DNA of 64,000 nucleotides from the human T2T-CHM13v2.0 reference genome, Homo sapiens, in the NCBI RefSeq assembly GCF_009914755.1, contig NC_060933.1; one strand, written 5' to 3'. How positions within the stretch are numbered: the stretch's first letter is position 1; each line of letters begins with the position of its first letter. Positions 1 to 14,039 of the stretch are shown here, one piece after another. The notes beneath the pieces were generated by a model. That model was not told the DNA's origin, did no database searches, and saw only the letters and a program-made list of their open reading frames with translations. The translations under genes and the position numbers were made by a program.

Positions 1-399
1 CCCCATCCCCTTCCTTCTCCCCCCGCCCATCCCACTGCCCGCTCGCCCACCCCGCAGCACCAGCCTGGGCCTCAGCAGTGGATGAGCCTGTCATACTAGG
101 GACTTTTATCTCACACAATTGCTTCTGCCTCTTGATAGAGCTTCTCCTCACAAATCAAATCGACCCCAGGCAGGGAGAGTGAAAATCAATGCCTGGTGGA
201 AAGTTCCCCACAGAAAACAGATTAGTTATTCTGGAAACTTCCTTAACCACAACAGGCTCTGGCATTCCCCCGGGCACAGGTCCGTTTGCCCAGGGCTCCA
301 GGTGGTTGCCAGGAGGGCAGAGAGGAACAGAGGCCGGCCCAGCAGGGACCCAACCCCGGCCAGGGCTCTCCCAGGCTGGGGGACAGAGCGGGAGAAGGG

Positions 400-550
400 G
401 GAGGCTTGGAGTCACAGACCTGGGTTCAAGTCCAGGTCCACCACTTCCTTCTGGCTGCCCCTGGGCAAGTCACATCATCCTTCTGAGCCCTGGTTTCCAC
501 TTTCGGAAAATGGGGCTCTCAGGAGTGTTCACCCTGCAGGACTGTTGTGG
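400..550 (+). mobile_element. MIR SINE remnant
   Basis: ggagtcacagacctgggttcaag...gggcaagtcac...ctgagccctggtttcc...aaaatgggg matches the MIR core; boundaries approximate. Confidence 0.75.
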
Positions 551-741
551 GATGGTAGGTCACGTGTGCACAACACCCAGTGGACGACAGGCTGCCAATG
601 GAGGAGGCAGAGTGCACTTCCCAGGGTTCTCGTCTGGGCAGAGGGCTGCATCCCCTGGCTCTCTCTGTGGATAATGGTTCTTACAGCCGTTTCCATGGAC
701 TGAGTCCTCCCTTGGTGCCTGGGGATTACTTTGTGTCGTGA

Positions 742-1111
<370 letters not shown>

Positions 1112-1309
1112 TGAGGAGACTGTGGCTCTGGGCAGTGGAGAAACTCATCCTGGGTCACATAACTGGGAACCACTAATCCCAAGGGGTCTGAGAGCCACTC
1201 TGGGACTCTTCCCGATGCCCTGGGCCTCCCTGGGCATGCATCTTCCTACAGGATCCCAGCTTGCTCCCGTCATGGCCGCTGGGCCCTGCCTGGCGACTCT
1301 AACCCTCCC

Positions 1310-1745
1310 CGAAGTGACATCGATATAAATATTGTTAATGGCCCGAACATAATGTTAAGTCAGGTTTTACTGGACTCCCTCGTCCAGCCCGTGGATTTAT
1401 GGCGATAGGATTTGAGGTAAATGTTTATTGGCCCAAGTGAGAGCCAGGACTTCCTCTCTCCCAACCGCCGGCTCCCCAGGGCTGCCCAAGGGCTCTTGGT
1501 CCACCTGCTGAGAGCACATCGGGATAAATCTCCCCGAATGAAATATTTATTAATTTTGTTAACTAGTGTTGATCTCATAAATTACACCGACTTTTTCATG
1601 AAACGGTTATTAACATCCATGGCGCTGTGTTAATGGCTTATTGACCAAATATGGGATAATTAGGCCTGGGGAGCGTGGCCTGGCTGATCTGCAAGAGGCC
1701 AATTTGGCCAGGATTATGCCAATGACCTATTTTATGTTGCAGCCA
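1310..1745. promoter_or_regulatory. Candidate enhancer (homeodomain/Hox motif island)
   Basis: Non-repeat AT-rich patch with TGGATTTATGG (1392), GTTTATTGGC (1423), TCATAAAT (1575), GTTAATGGC x2, TAATTA (1657); function inferred only. Confidence 0.55.
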
Positions 1746-3829
1746 GCGACATGGGAGATTCTGGAGCCTGGGCTTTGGAAAGCTGGGATCTTCAGGGGGG
1801 CTCCTGACCTGGAGCACTCTGACCCCTGCCCTTGGCCTGGCCCAGCAGCCTTCCCTGGGGTGGCTAGTGCTGCTCCCCAGCAAGGGAAGGGGGAAGTGGG
1901 ACCCCCCACTCCAAGGCATGCCCTGGCCTCCATCCTGCTCTTAGCTCTGGGAGCTGGTGTTGCCAGGGGCAGAGGAGGGAACAGGCCCAGAGGGGTTGTC
2001 CCCTCAAAGATGGCACAGTCCATGCTTGTCCGGCCACATCCCCCGTCTGTCCCATCTGCTCCTGCTGGCGCTGGAGAAGGAAGGAGTCTTCCTACCTTGA
2101 GAATAGGGAAATTCTCTCCAGAGAGAAGAGCCCCGCTGGCCCAGGAATGGGGGGCCGGCGGAAGAAGCTACCCCAGGACACTGTCCATGTGTGTGCCTGG
2201 CTGTGCTCCTGGGCAGGCCTGTGCCACACATTCAGGCACACACATGTGGCCTGGATGCCTGCATTTGGCCACATGCGCAAGACAGGGTCTCTGTTTGTGG
2301 CTGAGGGTTTGTACCTGGGCCTGCAGGGTGCGGGGTGGTGCTCCTGCCCAGATGTGAGTGGCCCGGCCTCTCCACGCTGTGTCTCAGGACTTGGCTTTCT
2401 AGGGGGCCTCAGGTTTCAGGAAGCTGGGCAGGAGATGCCACCCTGCTGGTGTGCGGAGAGGGTTTCCCGGAGTCAACAGCGAGTACTGCTCCCTCCACTG
2501 CCATGGCTCCTTTCCCTGGTGCCCCGAGGTGGGACCCAGTGAGAACAAGGGGAAGGCATCTCTGGGTGAGAGCTGCTCAGATCCAATTCCACCCAGGCCG
2601 TTCTATAGCACGGACGCTTCTCCAGGGACAGGGCGTCCGCTCCTTTTCAGGCAGGGCATTCACTGTTAAACCTTAGAAACACACTTAGGGAATTGTGGCC
2701 ACAGGGACCATGCTTGAGATGCCCCCAGGAGCCCTCAGGAAACCATCCCTGTTTCCCTGGGGGATCCAGTCACCCAGGTGTGTTCCATGGGACTCAATCC
2801 CTGGTCTGAGCTGTTTGGACCAGGGCTGGGCATCTCATCCCACCTAGGCCAACCTGCTGGTCTCTTGGGCACTTGGACCAGGGCCCAGAGGCCAGGCAGT
2901 CCCTGCTGGTGGGTGTACTGAGGCTGCCATCCGTGGGTGGCCACGGAGAAGCAGAGGGAAGTCTGGAGACAAGGAGAGAGAAAACTCATGGGAGACAGCA
3001 GCAGAGGGGCCCTTGAGGCCCTGAGTCGGGGAGAAAGGGTGCCGGGGGAGGGGGAGGTGCCAGGGGTGAGGGGGTGCCTGGGGAGAGGGGGCCGCTGCCT
3101 CCATCCATCCTGGCCTGGCCAGGCCAGGCTGGCTGTACCTCAGAGCTGCAGGGGCCCTGGCATTTTCTGGGAACAGGCTGGGTATGTGGCCCCAAAGAGG
3201 CTTTCTCTAAGATGGTGGAGAGGAGCCTGTCTCTACCCTGCCTGGAGCCATGGAGACAGTTCTGGGTGCCCCGGGGGCTCTTGTCTGGAAGATGGAGGCT
3301 CCCAGTGCTGGAGGATGCAGGAAGATGCTGTGTGCTGAGAACCAATCAGCCTGCTGTTGGCCAGCAAAGCACCCTCACCCCACCTTGGAGGTAGCCTGGA
3401 CAGTGGCCCCTTTCCCCTGGGGCACCCTTTTCTCTGCCAGGGATTTGTGGAATCCGACCCCAGCCCCACATACAACCCATGTGTTCATCCTCCAGCTCCT
3501 TGTTTCTCTCGGTTAACAAAATCTTCAAACACGGCTGTTTGTAACTAGGAGGACTGACTATGGGTTGGGGGCCCAGCCTCTCGGCAGGATGACAGCAAGG
3601 ACAGCCTGGGTCCTGAGTAGGAGCCTGGGTGGAGCCTCCAGCATCCGCTTCAGGTCTTTGCCACGGTGGGACCTTTCTAGAACTCCAGGTCTCGGTTTAA
3701 CTCTCCCTCCGAGAAGCCCTGGGCTCCCTCCTGTCGTGGGAGGAATCCTGGCCCCTTCACTGCTGCCTGCCCCATCGCTCCATAGATTTCCTTTCCTGGG
3801 GCTAGTCTGATCAAGTCCAGTTATTTTTA

Positions 3830-3970
3830 TTTCGTCCTTTGTGAGCTGCTTCCCACCCTGGGCTGCAAGTTCCTTGAGGCAGGACCCCATGGGTCTTGGG
3901 AGAGTTCTGCCCTAGGGCCTGGCAGTGACCTTGCTGGATGAATGAGTCAAGGGGTGAATGAATGAGTGAA
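3830..3970 (+). mobile_element. L2 LINE 3' end remnant
   Basis: aagttccttgaggcagg...gcctggca...gaatgaatgagtgaa typical of the L2 3' terminus. Confidence 0.6.
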
Positions 3971-4040
3971 CGGGCAGATTGTCCGGTGGATCCTCTTGAA
4001 TGCACTTCTACTGTAGGTGTTGACTGCAAATTCCCCTCCC

Positions 4041-4628
<588 letters not shown>

Positions 4629-5679
4629 ATGAATCCCTTCTGCCTACCCCTGCCCGAGCCCAGCAGCTCCCCACTTCTAAGCGGCACCTTCCCCCTTCTT
4701 GCTCTCTGCACTGCCTGCCCCCGTTACAGCCGCCAGCCCGTACCTCCTTTCTACTGCTCTTTCTGGGATGTGGGACGCTGAGGTTAAAACCTGAACCCCT
4801 CTGCGACCCCCCTCGCAGCTGGCTCAGCCCTCCTCTGGGTCCCTCTGGCACCCTCCAGCCTTCAGGAATGGGTTCCAATGTCACCTTACTAGGGCTCATG
4901 TGCTTTTCTCTTCTTTCCTCTCATGCCACTTCCCCCATTCGCAATGACTGGCTATTGGGTGTCACTGCTGGGTTTTGTCTCCCTCGCTGGCCTGCAAGGT
5001 CCTGGGAGCCCGGGCTGTGATGTTTGCCCTTCACGCCCCCATGCCAGGCCCTCATGGAACACGTGCTGAATGACAGAGTGAAGTTGTCTGAAGTCACCAA
5101 ACCTCTAAGTGGTGTGCCAGCATCTGCACCCAGGCCCCTCTCTGCTCAGAGTCATTGTTGCTGCCACTAGCTCGGGCTCAGCTGCCTTCCCTGCCATGTG
5201 TCGTGTAGTTGTTTTCAGCACATAAGCTGTCAACGAGCGTTCTTTGGAGATACTTGAACTGGAGTGGCCCAGGGGCTTTTCGCCTTTCCGTAAGCCTGCT
5301 CTGCCAGGGAGGCGCTGCCCCAAAGGTGGCCTGGCCACCGTCCAGAATGGAGGCCCCCGGTGCTGGCCTGCCCAGCAGCACCTGCGGCTCAGTCCCTCCA
5401 GGATCGGAAGGAATCACACCTGCCACCTCTACCTGCTGGCCCAGTGCCACCTCCCTCTCCTCCCAGACTCTGCCCAAGAGGCTCTTGAGGCAAATCTGAG
5501 CCCTGTGCCCGGTGGCAGACCTTGAGCTTACCCAGGGCTGGCTGGCCTGCCCCTCTGGAATCTGCCCTTCCCCAGGTTATGGACCCATTTTCCTCGGCTC
5601 TGGCAAGGACAAGCTCTGGGAGGTGGACGAGAGCTAGGGCTTCAGGTTTCTCTCCTGGCTCTTCCTCTTAGCCCCTCGC

Positions 5680-5810
5680 CTGCTGGGCCTCAGCTTCCTC
5701 CTCTGTAAAATAGTCACAGTATCCTCATCCCCAGGAGACTTAGGGGGATGAAGTGAAATAATCCACACAGAGCTCAGGGTAGGGCCAGCACATCGTAGGT
5801 GCCTGGTGGC
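5680..5810 (+). mobile_element. MIR remnant
   Basis: gcctcagcttcctcctctgtaaaatag...gaaataatcca...agcacatcgtaggtg. Confidence 0.65.
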
Positions 5811-6090
5811 TGCCAGCTCTGAATTAGCCCAAATAACAAAAACAAAAAACACAGCCCATGCACCAGGTCTAGACTGGGGACTTGGGTGGTGGGGACCCCA
5901 GTGGTTCCTAAGAGTAGGACTAACTCCCTTGTATGTTGAAATGGGTTTCAGTTTCCACTGGAAGGAAACTGTGCCCAGCTCACCAGTGTTGCTCTGAGCA
6001 GCAAGGAGGTGTCCCCACTTGCTGGGCCTGTTTGTGACTGAATGCATGGTTATAGGTAGCACTTTCACTCTTTAAAATGCTTCAGATTGA

Positions 6091-6436
6091 GGCTGGGCAA
6101 GGTGGCTCACACCTGTGATCCCAGCACTTTGGGAAGCTGAGGTGGGGGGCTCACTTGAGCTCAGGAGTTCAAGACCAGCCTAGGCAACATGGTGAAACCC
6201 CATCTCTACAAAAAATTTAAAAAAATTAGCTGGGCATAGTGGCATGCATCTGTGGTCCCAGCTATGAGGTGGGAGGATTGCTTGAGCCTGGGAGGTTGAG
6301 GCAGAAAAGGGATTAAAGGAAATAATCTGTGTAGCTTCAGGATGGGCCAGCACTCAGCGGACTTTGAAGTGAGCTATGATCATGCCACTGTACTCCTGCC
6401 GGGGTGACAGAGTGAGACACTGTCAAAAAAAAAAAA
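6091..6436 (+). mobile_element. Alu (AluJ-type) carrying a ~68 bp non-Alu insertion
   Basis: Alu consensus interrupted at 6302-6369; TSD aaaatgcttcagattga (6074-6090) / agaatgtttcagattgg (6436-6452). Confidence 0.95.
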
Positions 6437-7299
6437 GAATGTTTCAGATTGGATGATAAATATGCTTTCCTCAGCTCTAAGCTTCAAGAGTCTATTTGGC
6501 ATCATAGAGAATTTTATGTTCTTTGGTGCTTTTCTCTATTTTCCAATTTTTCTAATAGGAGCACTGCTTTTAGGATCTGGGCAAAACCATGCATGTGATA
6601 GAAACAAACCTTTTCCTCCTCCCAGTCTGCTGGGTGGTCCTGCTGGCCATAGCATGAGGCCTGGAACTCCGGAGGCTGCCTAAATCTGCCCCCCTGCTGG
6701 TGGCTGGACTCTGTGGGCCCTCTGGGGCTTGGATTTCGGCTGCCAACACCTCTGAACATGCACACACCTCACCCCACCCGGCCCCTTCATCTCCAGCCTT
6801 GGCTTCGTGTCCCGGACTCTGGCTCTGGAGGCCACTGTGTCTCTTTGGGTGACATTTAACGAGCCTGGAGAGGAGGCCGTGCCCCGCCTTTGCCTTCGGC
6901 AGAGACGGGAATGAGAATTTTAATGAGGGTTTATTTTTAATAAAGGTTAATAAAGTTTAATTAAATTAAATTAATAAAGTCCAATATTTGCCCAGCCATG
7001 CGTCAGGCCTGGGTGTGCTGGGAGGCGTTGGGGATTAAGCTCTGGGTTTGTGCTCCCGGGTGGGGGAGGAAGGTGAGGGGGGAAGGGCACTGGGGCTGGG
7101 GCTGGCGGCAGCAAGGGGTATGGGGGGAGACAGGCTGGCTCCTGGGGACATGGGGACTCCCAACCCTGACCGGTCTTGGGGTGCTGGGGAGAGAGGAAAG
7201 GCGCAGGTCTGAGATGCTGCCCCCACGGGGCCCAGGCTCCTCCCAAGCCCCGAATGTCCCCCTTCAAAGCACCTAAATCTGGCACTCAAGACCTTCAAA

Positions 7300-7440
7300 G
7301 TCCACTAAGCGCTGGCAGGTCCTGAGATCTGCATAGATTATTTCCTTTAATCCCTCTTCTGGCTCCACAGCCTGGAGAGGTGAGCAATACTGTACCCATT
7401 TTATAGAGGCAGAAACTGAGGCCTGTGGGGGTGAAGGACC
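7300..7440 (-). mobile_element. MIR remnant (donor region of the Alu insertion)
   Basis: tttaatccc...cccattttatagaggcagaaactgaggc is the reverse MIR core. Confidence 0.7.
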
Positions 7441-7665
7441 TCCCATTATCTCTGGCAAGCACTGGGATTGGGCACAAGCAGTGCTGATTCTTCCTGTCTT
7501 TGTTTCCTGGCCTACAAGGTCCTTGCCTGGCCCTGCTCTCTTTCCTCCCAGTGTGTCCTGGGCCCCCCCAACATTTCCAGGAGAGGGCTCTGGCTTTATG
7601 TGGGTATTTCATCCAATCCTCTCAACATCCCAGGGAGGAAGGTCTATTATAATATTATCACTCCC

Positions 7666-8081
<416 letters not shown>

Positions 8082-8959
8082 TCATCCTTCCAGGGCTCCT
8101 GAGGGGATTCAGTGATATAAATGCCCATGGCAGGGACCCCTGCACCAGGACTTGGGCTCTGCCATTTGCTTGCTGTTTCACCCGGGGCCCGGCTGTCACC
8201 TCTCCGTGATGTCGTCTGTGAAATGGGCATCATGGCCTCATGGGTTGGTCAAGGGTGGAGCATGAAGCTGCAGGTGCCTGGCTTGGGGCAGACAAGCTCA
8301 GCTCCAAATGTGGACATTCAACAGAACCATCAAAGAACAAGAATCCTGCGGCTAGAATCAAATGGCCTCACAAATGGCAGAGAACAGGGGAGGGACAGCT
8401 AGAGAGTCCCAGAGCTTCCTAGGAGCCGGGAGGAATCATGGGGAACTTCCTGGAGGCAGTAACGCATGGTCTGTGTAAGCTTTGACTTGTGGGATGGGGT
8501 GGCGGTGGAGAGAAGCATGTGCCAGGAGGAGAGTCCTGTAGGGACGAAGATCGGAGGCAGGAAATGATGTATTTGGCAGGAGCAGGGTTGATAGCCAGAA
8601 GCACAGTGGGTACGGCTGGAGGGAAGTGACCAAGTCACGGGGCTATGCCTGCCCTGGAGGGGAGGGGAACTGCCGGAGGCTTTTGAGGAAGGGAGTGATG
8701 TGGACTCAGGTTGTGCCAGGCGGGAAGCTGAAGGATTATGGGAATCGAGGTAAAGGTTTGGTCAAGAACAAGATGGACTAGGAAACACAGCCGTCCCTGG
8801 GGTCTGAGCAGAGGTGGCCCCAGTGCCTTGGAATGCGTGCTTCCAGAAAGAGGTCTTTCTCATCCCCGGGGGTTGAGGATCACGGGGAAGCCCCGAGTGG
8901 CCAGGGTAACCTGGGGAGGAGAGAGAACGGTGTTGGCTTACCCAGCCTGAACATGCCAC

Positions 8960-9100
8960 GCGCACAGGGCCATGTGCATTACATGGGCTCTCTCCTTGCA
9001 TGCTCACAAAAGTCCTTGGAGGGAGGGACTATTAATATCTCCATTTCATAGATGAGGAAACTGAGGGCCAGGGTAGTACAGTGGCTTGCTCAAGATGATC
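8960..9100 (-). mobile_element. MIR remnant
   Basis: ccatttcatagatgaggaaactgagg...tggcttgctcaag. Confidence 0.75.
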
Positions 9101-9299
9101 CCTCCCTCCAACCCTCTGCATCCAACTCTGGCACAGGGAGGAAATCAGCACTCTGGAGAGGCTCTGCCCGGGCTTCTCTGCCTAGCACCCACTCCAGGAG
9201 GGCAAAGGGCACAGGCTCCAGGACCAGCTGGCGCCCGGCCCCAGCAGCAGACATCCCACGAGGTGCCTCTGGTGCCAGCTCCGGCGGGCAGCCCTGCCT

Positions 9300-9640
9300 G
9301 GCAGACTGTGTGAAAGATGTCGAAGTGTTATTAACAAAGGCATTGATTTTCCTATCTCTGCTTTATGCATTTTATTAGCCAAACACTTTACCGTGTAACC
9401 ATTCAGCGCCACACTGGCTGGCGATGAATCTGAAACGCCAGGGCACGTAAAATGGAATTGGCCACATTGCTTATGCGCCCACAACAAAAATCACAGGCAA
9501 AAGTGTCATAAAATGAATAGCACCCGGCAATGGCCATAAAACAAATATTACCCAGGGGACTGGGGAATTTCCTGGGCTGTGAAGTAGCTGCGTGAGGGGT
9601 CGTAGCGCTGGAATGATGGCAATTTCCATTTCTGTGGCTT
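9300..9640. promoter_or_regulatory. Candidate enhancer (posterior Hox/Cdx, Sox, Fox, NF-kB motifs)
   Basis: GTCATAAAA (9505), GCCATAAAA (9533), CACGTAAAA (9444), AACAAAG, GGGAATTTCC (9563) in unique sequence. Confidence 0.5.
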
Positions 9641-11739
9641 TGGCCGGGGCTGAGGCCTCCTCCTGCCCGGTACTGGCCTTGGCCCCAACCACGCCAGGCT
9701 GTGCTGGCCATCACTAGCTGAGTCCTTTCACATTCGGGCTGTGGGAGGCGTGAATGGGGTGATTAGAAGCAAGACCCCAGAGTCAGAGAGACTGGATTCA
9801 CGTCCACCTGCTCGGGCCGCGTGACCCTTCTCAAACTGCTGTCTCTCTCTGTGCCTGCCTTCCCGTGAGGATTGGAGCAGGCCCTGTCCTGGCCTCATTG
9901 AGCTATAATCGCCTATAAACGGTAGCAGGCTTGTCATGCTCGTGATTGTTAGAGAAGAAAGGCCTCCCACATGACTTTCTGAGTGCTCAGCCCACTGGTT
10001 CAGAGGCAGTGGGAAGACTGAGATGACCTCCTCTCCTGTAGAACCAATGGCCCGAGCCTGGTCAGCAGGGCCCTCCATCCCCTGAGTCCCACTCGGCTCC
10101 CTTAAATCCTCACTAATGACCGTGCTTAATGAACAGCAACGCTTCAGGGGAAGGAGAAAATGTCCTGAACCTATATATGGATTCCCCCATCTCCCCGGCT
10201 CTAAATCGTGTGACAACTGCTGGTGGTGGGGGTGGTGTGTATGGAGGAAGGGTGGCTGGAGTGGAGCCTGGGTGCTCTCAGCGGGGCCTCCCAGGGGTGA
10301 GGATACAGGGCTTCTCTTTTGATTGCTGGGCTGGACATTGAGCAGGGGAGATGTCCTCCCAGCCGTCCTAGCACCCTGGACCTCAGAGCACCTGCCCCAT
10401 GGGGAGGAGGCCAGGGGAGGGGGTAGTAGGCAAGAGGGCCTGCCTGGCACATAGTAGGTGCTCAGTGAAAGTGTGGCGGTGACTAGAGGGTGCATTGGTC
10501 CGATGAGCTCCTCCTGTGGCTCCACCCTGCTCTGTGGGAGGCATCATTTCTTTGACGTGATCAGCCGGCAATGTATAGAGGCCCCTTTCACAGGCGAGGT
10601 GCAGGGTCAGCGAGAAGGGACTAGCTGAAGGCCACACCGCTAGCCCACACCCTCCCCTCCTGCAAGCGGCTCTGAGACTCCAGTGGGCATCGACGGGCCC
10701 AAATGAATGTTCTGGGTGCCCCCTCCAGAGTTGGCCGCCGGTCCAGGGATTCAGGAGTCTTCATTTGATCATTGCTCCAGGAGATTCTGACCCCAAGGTC
10801 TCAGGTAGGAGGTTAAAAAGACGCGATCCTAGGGGCTCCCAGGGCAATAGTTCTATGACCCCCGACTTTTCAGGAGGTGCAGGGGCGGGGCAAGTTGCCT
10901 TGACAGTGTTGCTCTTCCTGCACGGGGTCTGTTGGGTCCCTCACCCTCCTTTGAGACTTGATGACATCCCGGGGAGTTGAGGTCCCCTAAGCCTGGAGTA
11001 GGAGGAGGAGAGGGCTTATGAGCTCTAGGTTTGAACCTGGAGGAGGCCTGATTTCACAGCCCAGCTGTGTGACCTCATAAAGTTACTTGGCCTCTCTGGG
11101 CCTCAGTTGCTTTGTCTGCAAAATGGGGAGAATAATACCCCCTTCAAAGGCCTGTTTCAGCCAAGGACTGAGAACCCGGGGCTCTTGACGCACCTACGAC
11201 TTCCCTCCCTAGGGTGAGGCCCAGGCCTCTCAGATAACTCTGGGAGGATGGCAGAAAGTGTCTGAACCAGCCTTGAATCCAGGTCTCACTGATTCCCTGT
11301 TCTCAAGCCCAAGTGCCTCCAACTTGGGACCCAGAAATGGACAAAGCAGGCCTGGGCCCTGTCCTCCTGGGGCTCCCAGTCTGGTTGGGGAGGTGGACTT
11401 TGTTGTCAAACAGACCGTCTCAAAACAGAGGTTAGCAGTGATGGGAAAGCCCAGGAGGCTGTGGGAGCCCAGGAGGGCCCCCCGGCCAGATCTCAGAAGT
11501 GGGGAGTGGTCAAGGAAGCCTTCCTGGAGGAAGAGTCATTGAAGGTAAGACTTGAAGGGTGGGATGGAGTTAACCAGGCAACAAAGTAAAGAGGAGGGTT
11601 AAGGCTGAGGGCACAGCAGTGTGAAGGCCTGAAGGGAAGAGTTTGAGGGATTCTGTTGCCTGAGTTGGAGTATGGTGGGGGCAGGGGAGGGGTCACTGTA
11701 GGCGAGGCAGGAGTGTTTTTTTTTTTTAAATGTAGTTTT

Positions 11740-11892
<153 letters not shown>

Positions 11893-12029
11893 TGATTGCA
11901 CTTTTTTTTCTTATCCTGTGATTAATTTTTTTTTCTTAAAAATGGTTTCAACTTTCTGAGTGTACCCTTCCCTTGGTATCCCTGAGCCCAGGCTGAATGC
12001 ACAGACACACTTTGTCGACTGGGAGAAGA

Positions 12030-12340
12030 AAACAGCTTGTTTATTACACTGTAACTACCACCGAATTACCTGATTGTTTATATTTTTCTTGCTACGTAAT
12101 TGTGTTTGGCCTTAGCATGTAAATTGGGCTATAATTACTGTATAATTTATAGTTTTTATATCTTATAACAAGTTAGTGTCTAAATCACACACCCCCATGT
12201 AAATACTTTAAAATTATTCGGTAATTACTTATTTACATTATAATTAATAATAAGTAATTAGCATACATTTACAAAGGATTTACATACTTATTTCTGAATA
12301 TCAGTTCTTGGCAGTGCTAGTGAAATCTTTTGCTGATATA
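12030..12340. promoter_or_regulatory. Candidate enhancer, very AT-rich, four ATGTAAAT motifs
   Basis: ATGTAAAT at 12117 and 12197; ATTTACAT at 12231 and 12278; several TAATTA. Confidence 0.45.
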
Positions 12341-13272
12341 AAATGGAGGCCAGGGTAGAAAAACCTTCCCCAGGCTGGGAAAAGGGATGTCGCTTTGGGG
12401 TCTCCTGGCTTCTCAGAGGTGGGTCGAGGAGAATGTCCCCAGGGTAGGGGAACCTAAAAATGTGCTTCAGGCCTCATGAGGGGCTTTCTGGAGAAGAATG
12501 AGAACATCTCTTCCTTGAGAATAAAAACAGGTTTGCCTGCAGCATGAAGAAGTCAAGGCAGACGTGCGGAAGTACTTTCTGATGTTCTCGTGAGGAAGGT
12601 GCCAGAAATGGGCTAAAACTTGGGAAATCCCCCTGCTGCCAGGCTGTCTTGACCCTGACCTCATTCCAAAATAATGATGCCGATGACGGCGATGACAGCA
12701 TTGTCATTTCAAAACTACTTGCCATGTGTCTTCGTGGCACAGGGCATGAGCTTGACAAGTACAGTCTCATTTAATCCCCACAGCAAGATGTTTTAACTTC
12801 CGTTTAGTACGTGGAAAAACGCAGGCTCAAACAATTCATTAATGTGCCCGGACCTCTACAGCCTTGGAGCCCATGGCGGGGACAGACAGGCCAAGTGGAC
12901 CAAAAGCAGTGATGGCGAGGGGCCACTCCTGCGTCCACCCTTCAGCTCCCTGACCCAGGTATTCTACCTGTTGGGGACACTGCACAAATCACGGCTATTG
13001 GTTGAAGGTATACACTGCATCCCGAAGGATAGCAGGCCTTTCCTCCACCCTCAGTGGTGGTCCATGCAAGATGGCACCCCAGCTAGTTCCACCTGTCCCA
13101 TCCCAAGGGGGAGCTCATCCAATCCCGTTGCAATATCAGAGGATGGTGCTACACCGAGTGCTTCCTGTTGGTCCCTGTTGCCGGCAGATCTGATCTTCAG
13201 TAGTGGCAGTGGCTAGATCAGTCTTGGTCATGGGGGGTGGGGGGTGGGGGGCTCTGCTTTGATTCCTTCCAC

Positions 13273-13504
13273 TGTGTTTGTTTGTTTGTTTATTTATTTG
13301 TTTATTTATTTTTTTTGCCAGAGTCTCTCTCTGTTCCCCAAGCTGGAGTGATCTCGGCTCACTGCAACCTCCACCTTCTGGGTTCAAGTGATTCTCATGT
13401 CTCAGCTTCCCGGGTAGCTGGGATTACAAGTGTGTGCCACCATGCCCGGCTAATTTTTGTATTTTTAGTAGAGATGGAGTTTCACCATGTTGGCCAGGCT
13501 GGTC
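13273..13504 (-). mobile_element. 5'-truncated Alu with (GTTT)/(ATTT) microsatellite tail
   Basis: Right arm plus part of left arm, ending at ccaggctggtc. Confidence 0.93.
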
Positions 13505-13635
13505 AAGTGAAGCCAGGGACTTCACTTGGCCTTTGCTGGTTTCCTAGAGTTTACTCCTCAGATCAAGGCGCCCAGGTGAATGTTCTTCCACCTGTGTAAT
13601 CTGCCCATTCCAATGATACATTTGAGAACTCATAA

Positions 13636-14039
<404 letters not shown>

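Noticed and set aside
3025-3092. G-quadruplex-capable G-runs (also ~7055-7130, ~13230-13252)
   Set aside because: Expected frequently at this GC content; no context suggesting function.
6684-6703. CTCF site (reverse complement ccagcaggggggcag)
   Set aside because: Has six G rather than five, breaking consensus spacing; other candidates (~57085, ~63298) also mismatch the core, so none is reported.
9728-10525. 265-aa minus-strand ORF
   Set aside because: Non-ATG start, crosses L2/MIR scraps, no homology recognised.
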